Shown: piece by piece, positions 11,201-23,500 of the stretch
How positions within the stretch are numbered: the first letter of the stretch is position 1
Layout of the letters: every line of letters begins with the position of its first letter
DNA from: Geosiphon pyriformis uo1
Taxonomy: Eukaryota; Fungi; Glomeromycota
Length of the DNA: 64,000 bases
Assembly (NCBI GenBank): GCA_016748015.1
Contig: JAAOMT010000239.1
Location: 468,356 to 532,355 of the forward strand
Direction of reading: 5' to 3'
Position numbers and translations under genes: made by a program
Notes under the pieces: model-generated
The model's database searches: none
What the model saw: only the letters and a program-made list of their open reading frames with translations
What the model was told of the DNA's origin: nothing

Positions 11201-14200
11201 AACTATTGATTTTCACAATAAGCCAATATAAACGATTTCTATTAGCCATTGGAAAGTTGCTGGGGCATTGGTTAAGCCGAATGGCATCACTTCAAATTCA
11301 AAATTCCCTTCTCTAGTAGTAAATGCCATCTTCTCTTTGTCAGTTGAATTCATGGCTACTTGCCAGTAACCACTGTCCAAATCTAATATGGAGAACCATT
11401 TGTTCCCACCGAAAGCATCAAATAGTTCCTGTATTTGTGGAGTTGGATAATTGTCTCCATGAGTTACACCATTGAGTTTCCTGTAGTCTACACAAAACCG
11501 GATTTTTCTATTTTTTTTTTGGACGAGTACCACTGGTGATGACCATGGACTCATTGATGGTTGAATTAGCCCGTTGTCAAGCATTCTGTTTATTTCTTGA
11601 CGAATAATCTCATGGCTGGCTGGCAGTACTCTGTATGCTCTTTGTTTGATTGGCATTGTATCTCCAGTCTTGATCTGATGCTGGATGATATCAGTTCGAC
11701 CAAACTCATTTTCGCTGGCAAAGATGTTGTTGAAATTGTTGAGTAACATCTTGAGCTGCATACATTGGAGTGGATTTAAGTTTCTCATGTTCATTTGTTC
11801 CAATTGTTCTGATTGGAGCAAATAACATTTGTCTTGTCCATAGATTGTTTGTGATGTGATGTCAACATATCCACAAAGTTGTGAAAAGTTTGGAATGGAG
11901 TTTGGTGGTTGGTCTTCTATTTCTGTGGTTAGATATCCGATGGTGATTCCTTCTGGTATGTTGATAACATTGCCAGTGTTATTGTAGATGAGAATTTTTA
12001 TGCTGCTATAGCTTTTGGCTGGTATGTGGAGATTGATCAACCCAATCTCTCCTGATTCACAAAGGGTTGTTTCTGCTTCAAAAATCTGTTCTTGCTCCTT
12101 TTCCTTCCTTTCTATTGCTAACATGTACTGGCTATATGATGGGATAGAAATAGCTTGACTAGTTAAGATAATTTCTCTTTGGCCAACAGTTTCTTTCTCT
12201 GCCATGTTAACTAGTATATCTATTTTACCTGTGGATCCAAATTCCTGTATTCCTCTTGCCATTATTCCTAATTTCTCCCTCTTTCCCACTAATACTAACT
12301 GAGCTATTCTAACCAGAGGCAGGAATATTGTCTGTGCTATTTTTTCATTGGGCTCTATTACATAGGCCTTTTCTGAGTCATTTTGTAACATAGTGATGAT
12401 ATTTTCTACATATTCTGCGTCAATTATTCCTCCTCTTATATTGATCCCTCTTTTTGCTAAACTACTCCTAGATGCTAATTGAACTATTATTGTTGCTGGA
12501 ATTTCTAGTGCTATTTTCAGATCAATGCAGGTGCGTAAATGCAGTTCTAATTTGATAACATCTTTTCCTAGATATCTCAGATCAAACCCTGCATCAGTAT
12601 CATGCGCACATTTTGGCATAATACCTTCCCTATTGTCACTATACCATTTCAACTCTTGTTCCTTGAAGAGATCTGGTAGTGCAATGTATTGTTCATAGTT
12701 TAAATCGGAGTTTGTATCTGAGTCGGAATCATTGTTGTTGTTATTGCCATTTTGAACGGAGCTTGAACTGTTGTTGTTATCGTCATTGTCGGAGTTTGAA
12801 TCACGATTGATTGGCAATTCTGATTCTGATGCGCAGCTGCTGATTGGTTTTTCCTCTTCTGGGATCATGTAAATCATGCGTGGTGGTAGATTGTAAATAA
12901 GATTACACTTATCGCAATACTGGAAGTCACAGAGAATTAGGCAGTGTTGACATAGTCGAGCATTCAACTGCTCTAACCATTGTTCTTGTTCTTCCCTTGT
13001 GGGTGCTAATTCTTGGTAGTATTTGTGGAATTGTTCCGGATCCAGAAGGTTTATGATGGGTTCTGTGTCCCAGTCAAGCTCTAAAGATTCTGGGGGGTTG
13101 TCTTTGATTGTTTTTATTTCTTTTGGTGTCGCCTCTTCGATTTTGGCAAGTGTCATTTGCCAAATTTTGTCATTGTCATGTGAGCAACTGTCCAGTTGCT
13201 GTATGGTTTTTCACCAGACTACTTCTATTGGGGTTTTTTTTCCTTACCCGGTTGCTTATTAGAATCATGTATTAACATGATACGTCACATATTTCTCCAC
13301 ATCCTGGAATGTCATTTCACATCTCTTCGTCCAAGAGAGTCTCTCCACAAGCTAAGCATGACTGATTGTCCCATTTCCCTACTCATTTTGGTCTTCCAAA
13401 GCATTCAAAGACACATGGGCAGTAATAGAACCTAGTCACCATTGAATATTCCTTATTATCCCCACAGCATGCGCCTATTAACGACAATTTCTTGCTGCAA
13501 TTGATGCATATCAGCTTAAGTCGACAATAGGTAGATTGTTGTGGTATAGTGTAGGTGTTATAAACGGTGGTGGTTTGGGTGGTCTCTTTTTCTTTTCCTT
13601 TCCCTTTATTTTCTTTGTCTTCCTCTCATTCCTAGCTTGAAGTCGGTTCGCTCTCGTTGTTGTCGGTCCATATTAGGTCATCAGTTTCCCAGATAAGTTC
13701 TTCCTTCTGTTTCTCTTTTCCCTTGTTGTTGTCATCCCAAGAGAGTATTGGCAGTAGTTCGTTGTGCTCTTCATCTGCCCACGACACTTGGTAGGCTTCC
13801 TAGGTAGGCTTTTCTTTTTTCTCCTACAGTTCGATCAATAGTTTCTCTCTTGGAGGAGTTTTGAAGTAGCCACACATGGCCGGAACACATATGTGTTGGC
13901 CCTAATACATTAACTGGAGTTCCTGAGTGTTTCAGTCTAACGTTGCATTGACTTTGGATAGCCAGTCATTACTAACGAGAGCTTAATATTGAGTGGCTTC
14001 CATCACTAGAACTTTAATAGGAGTCATGATGCCATTGACTTCAAAAGGAAAGTCGTCAATTTCACCAATTGGAGTTTTGGTTGCTCCGTTGGCTGTAATG
14101 ATTCTGGTGCTGGCAGTTCGATCAACTTAGTGACCTAATTGATCCATGAATTGTCATGTGATTATGCTGCCAGCTGATCCACTATCTAGGATGAGTTTGA

Positions 14201-16613
14201 TGGGGTGACCATCAATTCTGGCATCTGTGTACATTGCTGTTATGGGTTTCTCTTCGAGGGCAGCTCTACTGAATAATGGTATTGGTGTGTTTTCTTCGAG
14301 TTTGAAAGGAAAAATGGCTGCTAGGGATTTGTCGTTAGAAATGGTTGCTGGTGGAATTGTGTTGATAGGTACGTGCTGATTGGATTCTGTGTTGTTGGAT
14401 GTGGCGTTTTCTGGGGTAACCAGAAGACTTAAATAATGTTGGGAATTTGAGTTTTGGACATGACTGGTATCCAAATTCTGGGTGCGTAATCTTGATGGTG
14501 GGTCTAGCGAATAGAGAATTGGTTGGTGAACAACCATCACCGATCTCCAGTTTTGAGTGACTCTAGATCGAGGGTTGCCTGATGTCATTTGAGCTGGGTT
14601 CTGGAGTGGTGTTTGAATTGGTTGGGGTTGATAGATGATTTGTGACTGCAGTTAATATATTACTTGTGGCTGCAGCTGATAAATTGGAGGTTGATATACT
14701 GGCAGTTGATAGATTGGTTGCTGCGTCATTGGCAGATAATTATTTTGATATTGATCTTGATTTTGATTTGGATAATAATTCGGAGTTTGGAACCGGCAAT
14801 TGGGGTTTCAATATTGATTTCCTGATCATTGGTTATTTAAACACTGGCAACAGTCAATTTGGATATGTTCTTGGTTACCACAATAGTGGCAGATACACAT
14901 TTCCTGTTGCCACTGTTGATTAATTGATAAAAATGGATGCAGTTGATTTTGGCCACAATTAGAATTTCTTTGGTTATTGTGTCATTGTGGAGACTGATAA
15001 ATGGTGTGATTGTCAGCTAAGTATCCTTCCAATCTGTTATTAATTAATTTACTGAACTTTTCCAATTTAGAATCCAATTAAGATGATCCGTTCATTACTA
15101 GATTAACGGCTTGGGCATGATTAGCTTCTGACTCAGTGGATTCAAAATCTCTGGTATGTGTGACTGCATCTTAAAGTGTGCCAAAATGCAATGAACATAC
15201 ATGTTGCAAGATGCTGCTGCGTAGGCCACAAATAAACTGGTTGAGTATTTGTGGTGCTGTAAAATAGTCGTCGTCAATTGCTTGAATTTGGTGCAAGTTT
15301 TGATGGAAGCATCCCACATAAGTGGTGACTGCTTCAGTTTCTTCTTGTTTCATGGTGGTAAATGTATTGACTAGGCGATTGATGCTATTGTTGTTGCTGA
15401 AGTATCTTAGGAATTCTGCTTTGAAGGCATTGAAATCTTGTGATTTATTAACCAAACTCTAATACCATGAATTGGCGGTATTCTTGAGAAAGTAGGGAAT
15501 AGTTTGCATTGCTCGAGCATCATTCCATCCGTTGGCTGCGATGGCCTTTTCTACATCATTCAGCCATATTTGAGCGTCATCCTTTTTACCAATAAAGGTG
15601 TCGAGTTTCGTAATTGGTGCATAGGCCATTGGGTCTAAGTTAGGTGGTTGTGGTGGCTGTTGAAGTGGTTGTTGTTGTCCTGGCTGTTGGAGTGGTAGCT
15701 GAAATGGCTGCTGTATGGGTTCGGCTATGGGATTAATCGGCAGTTGATTGATGATAATTACTGGAGGTAAGTTTTGCTAATTAATTAATTCGGGTTTTTG
15801 ATTTCTTTGATTTGACAGTGTTCGAATATTCGGAGTTTCAATTTCTGGATTTTCTAACTGTTGCTGAGTTTGAAGGTTCGGGGTTTCAACTTCCGGGTTT
15901 TCAGTGATCGGGTGTAGGTAAGTGAATTCTTGATCCTCTGATTCTTCTTTCTCTTTTTCTAATTCTGCTGCTTCCCATGGATCAGAGATTCTGAAATCTG
16001 GTGGAGGCAGTGGTGATCAAAGTCCTAATGGGGTTGATGATTACGAATTAAATTCCTCAAAGTATTTACCATATGGTCTTAACAATTCTGTTTTCCTTTA
16101 TTTACTTTGGAATAAGAATCATCCAAATGCTGATGTCACAGTTGATGAAAATGTGTCGGTTGATGATATGTTGATGGCGCTTCCAAGTGTATAGTGGTAT
16201 GATGAGTTACTTGGGGATTCAACTCTGTTTTTCTTCCAAGCAGGTGGCTGTATTTTTCAGGGTGTTACTCCTGGTGTTTGTAATTTTCCCTTGTCTTTAC
16301 TAGCGTATGTAATTGGATATCTTTGTTGAGTGTGGTGTTCAATTTTTTTGTTGATCTCAGTGATGATGGATGCAAAATTATGATTTGTTGGTAGGTTGGT
16401 GTTTTAAATTAATTCTTTATAGAAAGTTTCTCTTGCTGATTCAGTGTTCACTGGTGTTCCTAATAAAGAGGAAATCTTTTCGTTAACATAGAAATTGAAG
16501 GCTGATTCGGCAGATATATGATTGTGGTTTAATTCCAAGTATTGACAATAGTATTGAAATAAGGATTTTGTGAATCTTAAATGGTTTGCTTCTATAATTT
16601 CTGATTCTGCCAC
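8265..16613 (-). pseudogene. Single-frame gag-pol of copy B: capsid, CCHC, protease, Cys-rich region, dUTPase, RT, RNase H, integrase, C-terminal extension; many stops
   Basis: LILDSGSAGS (protease); DAGFDL/SRSS/GIID/FGSTG (dUTPase); RFCVDYRKLN, MPFGLTNAPATFQ and YLDN (RT); HPVAYASR (RNase H); H..H..CDAC and GLVEKFN (integrase). Confidence 0.93.
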
Positions 16614-16675
16614 TTTTGGTTTAGTGTTGTCGGTGCTGGTTCTCTGTAAGATTATACCTCACAGAGAGCACCAAA

Positions 16676-17582
16676 TGTTACAGGTGATTATTTCTGCTGT
16701 TGAATTAAATAACAAACCCGTAACTTGGTGCTCAAAAGCTACTTCCATTGAGGCTGTTCTGAAGGTTTTGATGGATTTGAAGATTTTGGTTGATCTGAAG
16801 GTTTTGGTTGATCTGAAGGTTTTGGTTGAGTCTTTTGTATAATGGACAGAGATTCAATAGTGTCAATAGTAGAGATATTTTCCAAGAGTTTTCCCAATTT
16901 CTTTCTTAGCATGGTGGCCAGATTTAATCTGGCAGTCATGCTCTTCTGGTAAGCTATCTGATAATATATAAAAATCCTACCTGTATTTCTGGGTCTTTTA
17001 CCAGGCTATCCTTGACATCAATAACTTAGTACTTAATCATTTATCAATTAGTATATAACAACAAATCAAAATAAAATAAAGAAAAAATAAAATAAAAGAA
17101 AATAAAGAAAGCAAAGAAATAAGCCAAGGCAATTTGCAGATTAGTATCCCATCAATAGCCATGATCAAGAACTATTGTTCCAGTGTGGTCAAGTATCAAT
17201 TACTATCAATATGAAGGGTTGATAGTGGGAAAGTGGATGGAGATATAAAATAATTATTTATTTGATGATTGTGTTTCTAGGCTAAAGATTCTGTGGTATC
17301 AATTCTGTCTTTTCTGTTTCTAATACTACTGCTATATATACATAATTGGGATTCCTCAATTCCTCAATTTTTCACGATAGGAATCCTGGAATTCCTAGAA
17401 TCCTGCGATTCTTTTGAGAGGAATCCTGGAATTTTGGAATCCTGTAATTCCTCGTTGGGAATCCTGAAATTCCTGGAATCCTGTAATTCCTGAGAGGAAT
17501 TCTGGAATTCCACATTTACTACACTTACTTCTGATTGGCTAATAATTATGCTAATATATTTCTTATATTTTTATAAGTAACA
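16676..17582 (-). repeat. 5' LTR of copy B (907 bp)
   Basis: Matches 7330-8251 but lacks one 15-nt unit; followed on the minus strand by the PBS. Confidence 0.95.
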
Positions 17583-20500
17583 CCATACAGCAGCCACTTC
17601 AGCTACCACCCCAACAGCCAGGACAACAACAACCACTTCAACAGCCACTGCAACCACCTAACTTAGACCCAATGGCTTATGCACCAATCGCGAAACTTGA
17701 CAACTTTACTGGTGAAGAGGATAACGCTCAAATATGGCTGAATGATGTAGAAAAGACCATCACAGCCAATGGATGGAATGATGCTCAAACAATGCAAGCC
17801 ATTCCCTACTTTCTTAAGAATACTGCCAATTCATGGTATTAGAGTTTGGTTAATAAACCACAAGATTTCAATGCCTTCAAAGCAGAATTCCTAAGATACT
17901 TCAGCAACAACAATAGCATCAATCGCCTAGTCAATACATTTACCACTATGAAACAAGAAGAAACTGAAGCAGTCACCACTTATGTGGGATGCTTCCATCA
18001 AAACTTGCACCAAATTCAAGCAATTGATGACGACTATTTTACAGCACCACAAATACTCAACCAGTTTATTTGTGGCCTACGCAGCAGCATCTTGCAACAT
18101 GTACGTTTGTTGCATTCTGGCACGCTTTAAGATGTAGTCACATGTGCCAGAGATTTTGAATCCACTGAGTCAGAAGCTAACCATGCCCAAGCCGTTAATC
18201 TAGTAATGAACAGATCATCTTAATTGGATTCTAAATTGGAAAAGTTCAGTAAATCAATTAATAACAGATTGGAAGGATACTTAACTGACAATCACACTAT
18301 TTATCAGCCTTCACAATGACACAATAACCAAAGAAATTCTAATTGTGGCCAAAATCAACCGCGTCTATTGTTATCAACTAATCAACAGTGGCAACAGGAA
18401 ATGCGTATCTGCCACTATTGTGATAATCAAGAACATATCCAAATTGACTGTCGTCAGCGTTTAAATAACCAATGATCAGGAAATCAATATTGAAACCCCA
18501 ATTGCCGGTTCCAAACTCCGAATCATTATCCAAATCAAAATCAAAACCAATATCAAAATAATTATCTGCCAATGACGCAGCAACCAATCTATTAACTGCC
18601 AGTATATCAACCTCCAATTTATCAGCTGCAGCCACAAGTAATATATCAACCGCAGTCACAAATCATCTATCAACTCCAACCAATTCAAACACCACTCCAG
18701 AACCCAGCTCAAATGACATCAGGCAACTTTCGATCTAGAGTCACTCAAAACTGGAAATCAGCAATGGTTGTTCACCAACTGATTCTCTGTTTGCTAGACC
18801 CACCATCAAGATCATGCACCCAGAATTTGGATACCAGTCATGTTCAAAACCCAAATTCTCAACATTATTTAAGTCTTCTGGTTACCCCAGAAAACGCCAC
18901 ATCCAACAACACAGAATCCAATCAGCATGTACCTATCAACACAATTCCACCAGCAACCATCTCTAACGACAAATCCCTAGCAGCCATTTTTCCTTTCAAA
19001 CTCGAAGAAAACACACCAATACCATTATTCAGTAGAACCGCCCTCGAAGAGAAACCCATAACAGCAATGTACACAGATGTCAGAATTGATGGTCACCTCA
19101 TCAAACTCATCCTAGATAGTGGATCAACTGGCAGCATAATCACATGACAATTCATGGATCAATTAGGTCACTAAGTTGATCGAGCTGCCAGCACCAGAAT
19201 CATTACAGCCAACAGAGCAACCAAAACTCCAATTGGTGAAATCGACGACTTTCTTTTTGAAGTCAATGGCATCATGACTCCCATTAAAGTTCTAGTGATG
19301 GAAGCCACTCAATATTAAGCTCTCGTTGGTAATGACTGGCTATTCAAAGTCAATGCAACGTTAGACTGGAACACCCAAGAACTCCAGCTAACATATCAGG
19401 GCCAACACATACATGTTCCGGCCACATGTGGCCACTTCAAAACTCCTCCAAGAGAGAAACTATTGATCGAACTGTAGGAGGAAAAAGAAAAGCCTACCTG
19501 GGAAGCCTACCAAGTGTCGTGGGCAGACAAAGAGCACAACAAACTACTGCCAATACTCTCCTGGGACGACAGCAACAAGGGAAAAGGGAAACAAAAGGAA
19601 GAACTTACCTGGGAAACTGATGACCTGACATGGACTGACAACGACGAGAGCGAACCGACTTCAAGCTAGGAATGAGAGGAAGACAAAGAAAATAAAGGGA
19701 AAGGAAAAGAAAAAGAGACCACCCAAACCACCACCGCTTATAACACCTACACTATTCCACAACAATCTACCTATCATTGACCTAAGCTTATATGCGTCGA
19801 TTATGGCAAGAAATTGTCATCAATGGGCACATGCTGTGACGACGATGAAGAATACCACACTGCAACAAAATTCTACTGTCATCCATGCTTACTCGAACAC
19901 TTCGGACGACCAAAGAAACAAGGAAAATACGATAACCAACCTTGTTTCGCTTGTAGGAAGACTCTGCTAGATGAAGGAATGTAGAACAACATCCCAGGAC
20001 GGGAAGGAACGTGTAATGTGTCATGTCAATACACGATTCTAATAAGTGACTGGGTAAGGAAAGGAACCCCAATAGAAGCAGCCTGAAAAAGAGCCATGCA
20101 GCGATTGGACAGTTGCCCACATGATGATGACAAAATTTGGTGAATGGCACTCACTAAAATCAAAGAGGCGATGCCAAAAGAAATAAAAATGATCAAAGAC
20201 AACCCCCCAGAACCTTTAGAGCTTGACTGGGATGCAGAACCCATCATAAACCTTCTGGATCTGGAACAATTCCACAAACACTACCAAGAATTAGCACCCA
20301 CAAGGGAAGAACAAGAACAATAATTAAAGCAATTGAATGCTCAACTATGTTAACACTGCCTAATTCCCTGTGACTTCCAGTATTGCGATGAGTGTGACCT
20401 CATTTACAATTGACCACCATGCATGATCTACATAATCCCAGAAGAGGAAGAACCAATCAGCAGCTGCGCATCAGAATCAGAATCGCCGATCAATCGCGAT

Positions 20501-23500
20501 TCAAACTCTGACAATGACAATAACAACAACAGTTCAAGCTCCATTCAAAATGGCAATGACAATGACAATGATTCTGACTCAGATACAAACTCCGATTTAA
20601 ACTATGAACAATACATTGCACTACCAGATCTCTCCAAAAAACAAAAGTTGAAATGGTATAGTGACAATAGGAAAGGTATTATGCCAGAATGTGCGGATGA
20701 TACTGATACAGGGTTTGATCTGAGATATCCAGAAAAAGATGCCATCAAATTAGAACCGCATTTATGCATCTGCATTGATCTGAAAATAGCACTAGAAATT
20801 CCAGCAACAACAATGGTTCAATTAGCATCTAGGAGTAGTTTAGCAAAAAGAGAGATCAATATAAGAGGAGGAATAATTGACACGGAATATGTAGAAAATA
20901 TCATTACTATGCTACAAAATGACTCAGAAAAGGCCTATGTAATAGAGCCCAATGAAAAAATAGCACAGGCAATATTCCTGCCTCTGGTTAGAATAGCTCA
21001 GTTAGTATTAGTGGGAAAGAGGGAGAAATTAGGAATAATGGCAAGAGGAATACAGAAATTCAAATCCACAGGTAAAATAGATGTACCAGTTAACATGGCA
21101 GAGAAAAAAACTGTTGGCCAAAGAGAAATTATCTTAACTGGTCAAGCTATTTCTATCCTATCATATAGCTAGTACATGTTAGTAATAGAAAGGAAGGAAA
21201 AGGAGCAAGAACAGATTTTTGAAGTGGAAGCAACTCTTTGTGAATCAGGAGAGATTGGGTTGATCAATCTCCACATACCACCCAAAAGCTATAGCAGCAT
21301 AAAAATTCCCATCTACAATAACACTGGCAATGTCATCAACATACCAGAAGGAATCACCATCGGATATCTAACCGCAGAAATAGAAGACCAACCACCAAAC
21401 TCCATTTCAGACTTTCCACAACTTTGTGGATATGTTGACATTACATCACAAACAATTTATGAACAAGACAAATGTTATTTGCTCCAACCAGAACAATTGG
21501 AACAAATGAACATGGGAAACTTAGATCCATTCTAATGTATGCAGCTCAAGATGTTACTCAACAATTTCAATGACATCTTTGCCAGCGAAAATGGGTTTGG
21601 TCGAACTGACATCATCCAGCATCAGATTAAGACTGGAGATACAATGCCAATTAAACAAAGAGCATACAGAGTACTGCCAGCCAGCCATGAGATTATTCGT
21701 CAAGAAATAAACAGAATGCTTGACAACGGGTTAATTCAACCATCAATGAGTCCATGGTTATCACCAGTGGTACTCGTCCAAAAGAAAAATAGAAAAATCC
21801 GGTTTTGTGTAGACTACAGGAAACTCAATAATGTAATTCATGGAGACAGTTATCCAACTCTACAAATACAGGAACTATTCGATGCTTTCGGTGGGAACAA
21901 ATGGTTCTCCACATTAAATTTGAACAGTAGTTACTGGCAAGTAGCCATGAATCCAGTTGACAAAGAGAAGACAGCATTTATTACTAGAGAAGAGAATTTT
22001 GAATTTAAAGTGATGCCATTTGGCTTAACCAATGCTCCAGCAACTTTCCAATGGCTAATGGAAATTGTTTATACTGGCTTATTGTGAAAATAAGTAGTTG
22101 TATACTTGGACAACACCAATGTATTCTCAAAGACATTTGATGATCATCTTCATCATCTTCAACAAGTGTTCAAAAGACTAAGAAGAGCAGGACTAAAGTT
22201 AAATGCAACAAAGTGCTTCTTTGGCAAGACAGAACTCAAATTTTTGGGACACATAGTCAGCAAAAACAGTATCAAAACGGATCCAGAGAAAATAGAGATA
22301 GTAAAGAACTTTCCAGTGCTGACCAATATAACAGAACTGAAATCATTCTTGGGATTCACCAGTTACTATTGTCGTTTTATCAAGAACTTTTCCAAGATAG
22401 CACAGCCACTCAATCAATTGCAAAACAAAAATGCAAAATATGAATGGACAAAAAGTCAACAAGAAGCTTTTGATATTCTGAGGAAAAAGCTCATCCAAGC
22501 TCCAGTTCTGATCTATCAGATTACAGCAAACTATTCATCATCACCACTGATGCATCTGACCAAGCATTGAGAGCAGTATTATTTTAAAGAGGACCAGACG
22601 GCAGAGAACATCCAGTAGCATATGCCAGCAGAGGTTTAACACCAGCTGAAAAGAACTATGGAACACCGGAACAAGAACACTTAGCAATATACTGAGCTGT
22701 TATGAAATGGAAAAAATACTTGAGCCAGAAGTTTGAAATATACACAAATCACAAGGGATTAACATCACTCCAAAAACAAAAATTTGGAGATGGAAGACAG
22801 TCAAGATGGAAAATGGCACTCACACCATACAATTATACTATACATTACAAAAAGGGAAAAGACAATGGAAATGCTGACAGTTTATTGCGAATAAGACAAA
22901 TCTAAAAACATTTCAACCCAAAAATATAATAAAACCAGAACAATACCAACGAAAAATACAACAAAAAAATAAACATACAAAAATATCAACAATTACAACA
23001 TTATCTAAACACTCAACAGTTCAAGGAGAATTTATCTCATATGGAACGAAGGAGTATCAAACAACAATCAAAATATTTTATCACTCACCAAAATATACTT
23101 TATTGGAAAAATAGAAGGGATCCAGATCAACCAATCAGAGTAATTACAGAGCCAGAAAAAGAGACAATATTATTTAACATGCACTCAAATCCAACAGCAG
23201 GACATTTTCACAAAGAAGCAACCATGGAGAGAACTAGAAAAAGATACTATTGGCCATCAATGTACCCAGACATTATTCAATATGTTTAAAATTGTGATGC
23301 TTGTCAGCAAAGAGGAGGAACAAGACCCAGTGAACCATTAAGACCAATCAAAGTGGGACAATCATTTGACCGTATGGAGATTGATTTAGTAAGACCATTA
23401 ACAATTACCAGCAAAGAAAACAGATACATAGCAGTAGCTATGGACTATCTCACTAAATGGCCAGAGGCGAAAGCAATTCAAAGAGCAGATGCAGAATCCG

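Larger units (their letters stand above)
7330..17582 (-). mobile_element. Ty3/gypsy copy B, full length, inserted antisense inside gag of copy A
   Basis: LTRs at 7330-8251 and 16676-17582, PBS at 16657-16673, PPT at 8252-8266. The 4-bp TSD CCAT appears as CTAT (7326-7329) and CCAT (17583-17586). The uninterrupted target GAACCCATACAGCAGCC is visible in B's own gag at ~15706-15722. Confidence 0.95.

Noticed and set aside
19472-19480. Programmed UAG read-through after protease (stop shared by both copies)
   Set aside because: It sits in a Glu run (IEL*EEKEK) and is one of many shared lesions, so a GAG>TAG mutation is simpler.
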